A stretch of 64,000 bases of DNA, from assembly GCA_963727525.1 (NCBI GenBank), contig CAVSGO010000007.1, positions 1,344,001-1,408,000 of the forward strand. Direction: 5' to 3'. This stretch comes from an uncultured bacterium (GTDB lineage Bacteria > Krumholzibacteriota > Krumholzibacteriia > LZORAL124-64-63). The notes under the pieces were generated by a model. The model was given only the letters and a program-made list of their open reading frames with translations. It was not told where the DNA came from and did no database searches. Made by a program: the position numbers and the translations under genes. Below are positions 62,744 through 64,000 of the stretch, piece after piece (within the stretch, counting starts at the first letter, position 1; every line of letters starts with the position of its first letter).

Positions 62744-64000
62744 TCAATTCTCGCCGTTCAGCAGTCCACGCAACCGATCCTTGTGAACAAGGATCGTCAA
62801 CATCTTCAGCTTGATGTAGTCGCCCTCATAGAAGTAATACCCCTGGAACCGACCGAGCCGACTCGAGCGATTCGAGTCCTTGATGAGGAACCAGTCGCGC
62901 CCCTTGTAGCGCTTGAAGGCGACGGCGTGGATGCCGTGGTCGTCGGTGGTCTGATGGGTAACGATGCGGAACTCGCGTGCGCCCTGGTCGACCGCGTCGT
63001 GCGGGATGTCGAAGGACGGGATGACCGCCACGTCGTGCTGGCCGTCGAGCCCGGGCTCGCTGACGTCGCCGCCCAGGCACACCGAGTACCCGTTCTGGAG
63101 CGACTCTCGTAGCACCCGGTACCACGTGTCGAGCGGCAGGTTGAGGTAGTCGTCGTTGCGACGCCAGTTATCGGGCACGTCGAGCAGCACCCGCGTGCCG
63201 AAGGGCTCGTCGAGGCGGGAGACGCAGCCGACGTAGTCGTCGAGATCGAGCTGGCACACCTCGTCGCGAAACGTCTCGGGCGTGTACTCGCGGCCCTCAT
63301 AGGTAAACCGCTCCGGCACCGGCCCCATGAACGTGTCGAGAATGGTGCGTACGACGGCGAGGTTCTCCGCCTCGTTCCACGTCCTGCTCGCCTTGACCCA
63401 GTCGAGATAGCCCTCGAGTTCCGCGATGAGGGGCACGTGGTCGTAGCGCCCGTCCGCCCTTAGCACGCCGGCGTAGGCGCTGGCCGGCACGGCGCCGTAA
63501 AGCTTCATGACCTCGATCGTACCGTCGTCCTCGCTGCCCTCGGCGATCGGGCTGTGGCCGTACTCGCGGATGAAGCGGCGGGCCTTCTCCACGTACTCCC
63601 AGTAGACGGTATACATCTCCGAGAGCTTCACGTCGCGCCCGTGCAGGCGGTGGATCTCCGACTCGAAGTACGACGTGGCACAGAACGCCCAGCAGGTTCC
63701 CGTGTAGTATTGCGGCACCGGCGGATTGTGCCAGACGGCGTCGAAGACCTCGGGTCCTTTCGGCACGGCGATGGCGCTCAGATCGACGCGCAGACTGCGC
63801 GCCGAGTCATCGCGGGCCTTGGCCTCGGCCTTGTAGCGGGCGTCGGTGGCGGCGATCAGCGAGTCGCGCACCGCATCGATCCGCTCGCGCTGAGCGTCCA
63901 TCTCCTCGAGCACAGGATAGCGAGTGGCGGGACGATAGACGGGCTTGTCGTCGGCCGTGGCCATTGAAGCCAGCGCCGCGACCAGCAGGGACGCCGCCAC
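62744..64000 (-). CDS. Secreted C1-family (papain/bleomycin-hydrolase-like) cysteine peptidase, 5' end at or beyond the window edge
   Basis: QYYTGTCWAF, LSEMY, GGDVSE, TDDHGIH, IKDS. Confidence 0.88.
   Translation of the reverse strand: MAASLLVAALASMATADDKPVYRPATRYPVLEEMDAQRERIDAVRDSLIAATDARYKAEAKARDDSARSLRVDLSAIAVPKGPEVFDAVWHNPPVPQYYTGTCWAFCATSYFESEIHRLHGRDVKLSEMYTVYWEYVEKARRFIREYGHSPIAEGSEDDGTIEVMKLYGAVPASAYAGVLRADGRYDHVPLIAELEGYLDWVKASRTWNEAENLAVVRTILDTFMGPVPERFTYEGREYTPETFRDEVCQLDLDDYVGCVSRLDEPFGTRVLLDVPDNWRRNDDYLNLPLDTWYRVLRESLQNGYSVCLGGDVSEPGLDGQHDVAVIPSFDIPHDAVDQGAREFRIVTHQTTDDHGIHAVAFKRYKGRDWFLIKDSNRSSRLGRFQGYYFYEGDYIKLKMLTILVHKDRLRGLLNGEN

Overview
GC-rich bacterial chromosomal segment with about 53 mostly housekeeping or accessory CDSs. 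No rRNA, tRNA, CRISPR array or prophage was recognised. Recognisable genes include alaS, arfB, glnA, a fused LeuC/LeuD-type hydro-lyase, asnB-ACP-acyl-CoA ligase, dinB, SRAP, PiT/DUF47/CYTH, hppA, a triple-FKBP lipoprotein and a two-subunit class I fumarase. Three secreted proteins end in a shared W-x-T-V-K-A-L-F-x tail, which suggests (inference only) an FCB-group candidate phylum such as Krumholzibacteriota/Latescibacterota. The most notable observations are: (1) a 787-aa GNAT acetyltransferase plus Zn-dependent deacetylase (HDAC) fusion, translationally coupled to a TauE/SafE transporter; (2) the shared C-terminal tail, a candidate sorting signal; (3) a 1.2-kb IS1-like element with 21-bp terminal inverted repeats, no obvious target duplication, a C-rich to G-rich skew switch, and a right end that supplies the C-terminus of the neighbouring PatB-like gene; (4) a 178-bp ERIC-like palindromic element; (5) an identical 17-bp direct-repeat box beside an OmpR-family regulator and again 50 kb away upstream of a secreted-protein gene; (6) a candidate structured RNA or small ORF with its own terminator; (7) a frameshifted tandem USP gene. 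All assignments come from motif reading by eye; no database searches were run.
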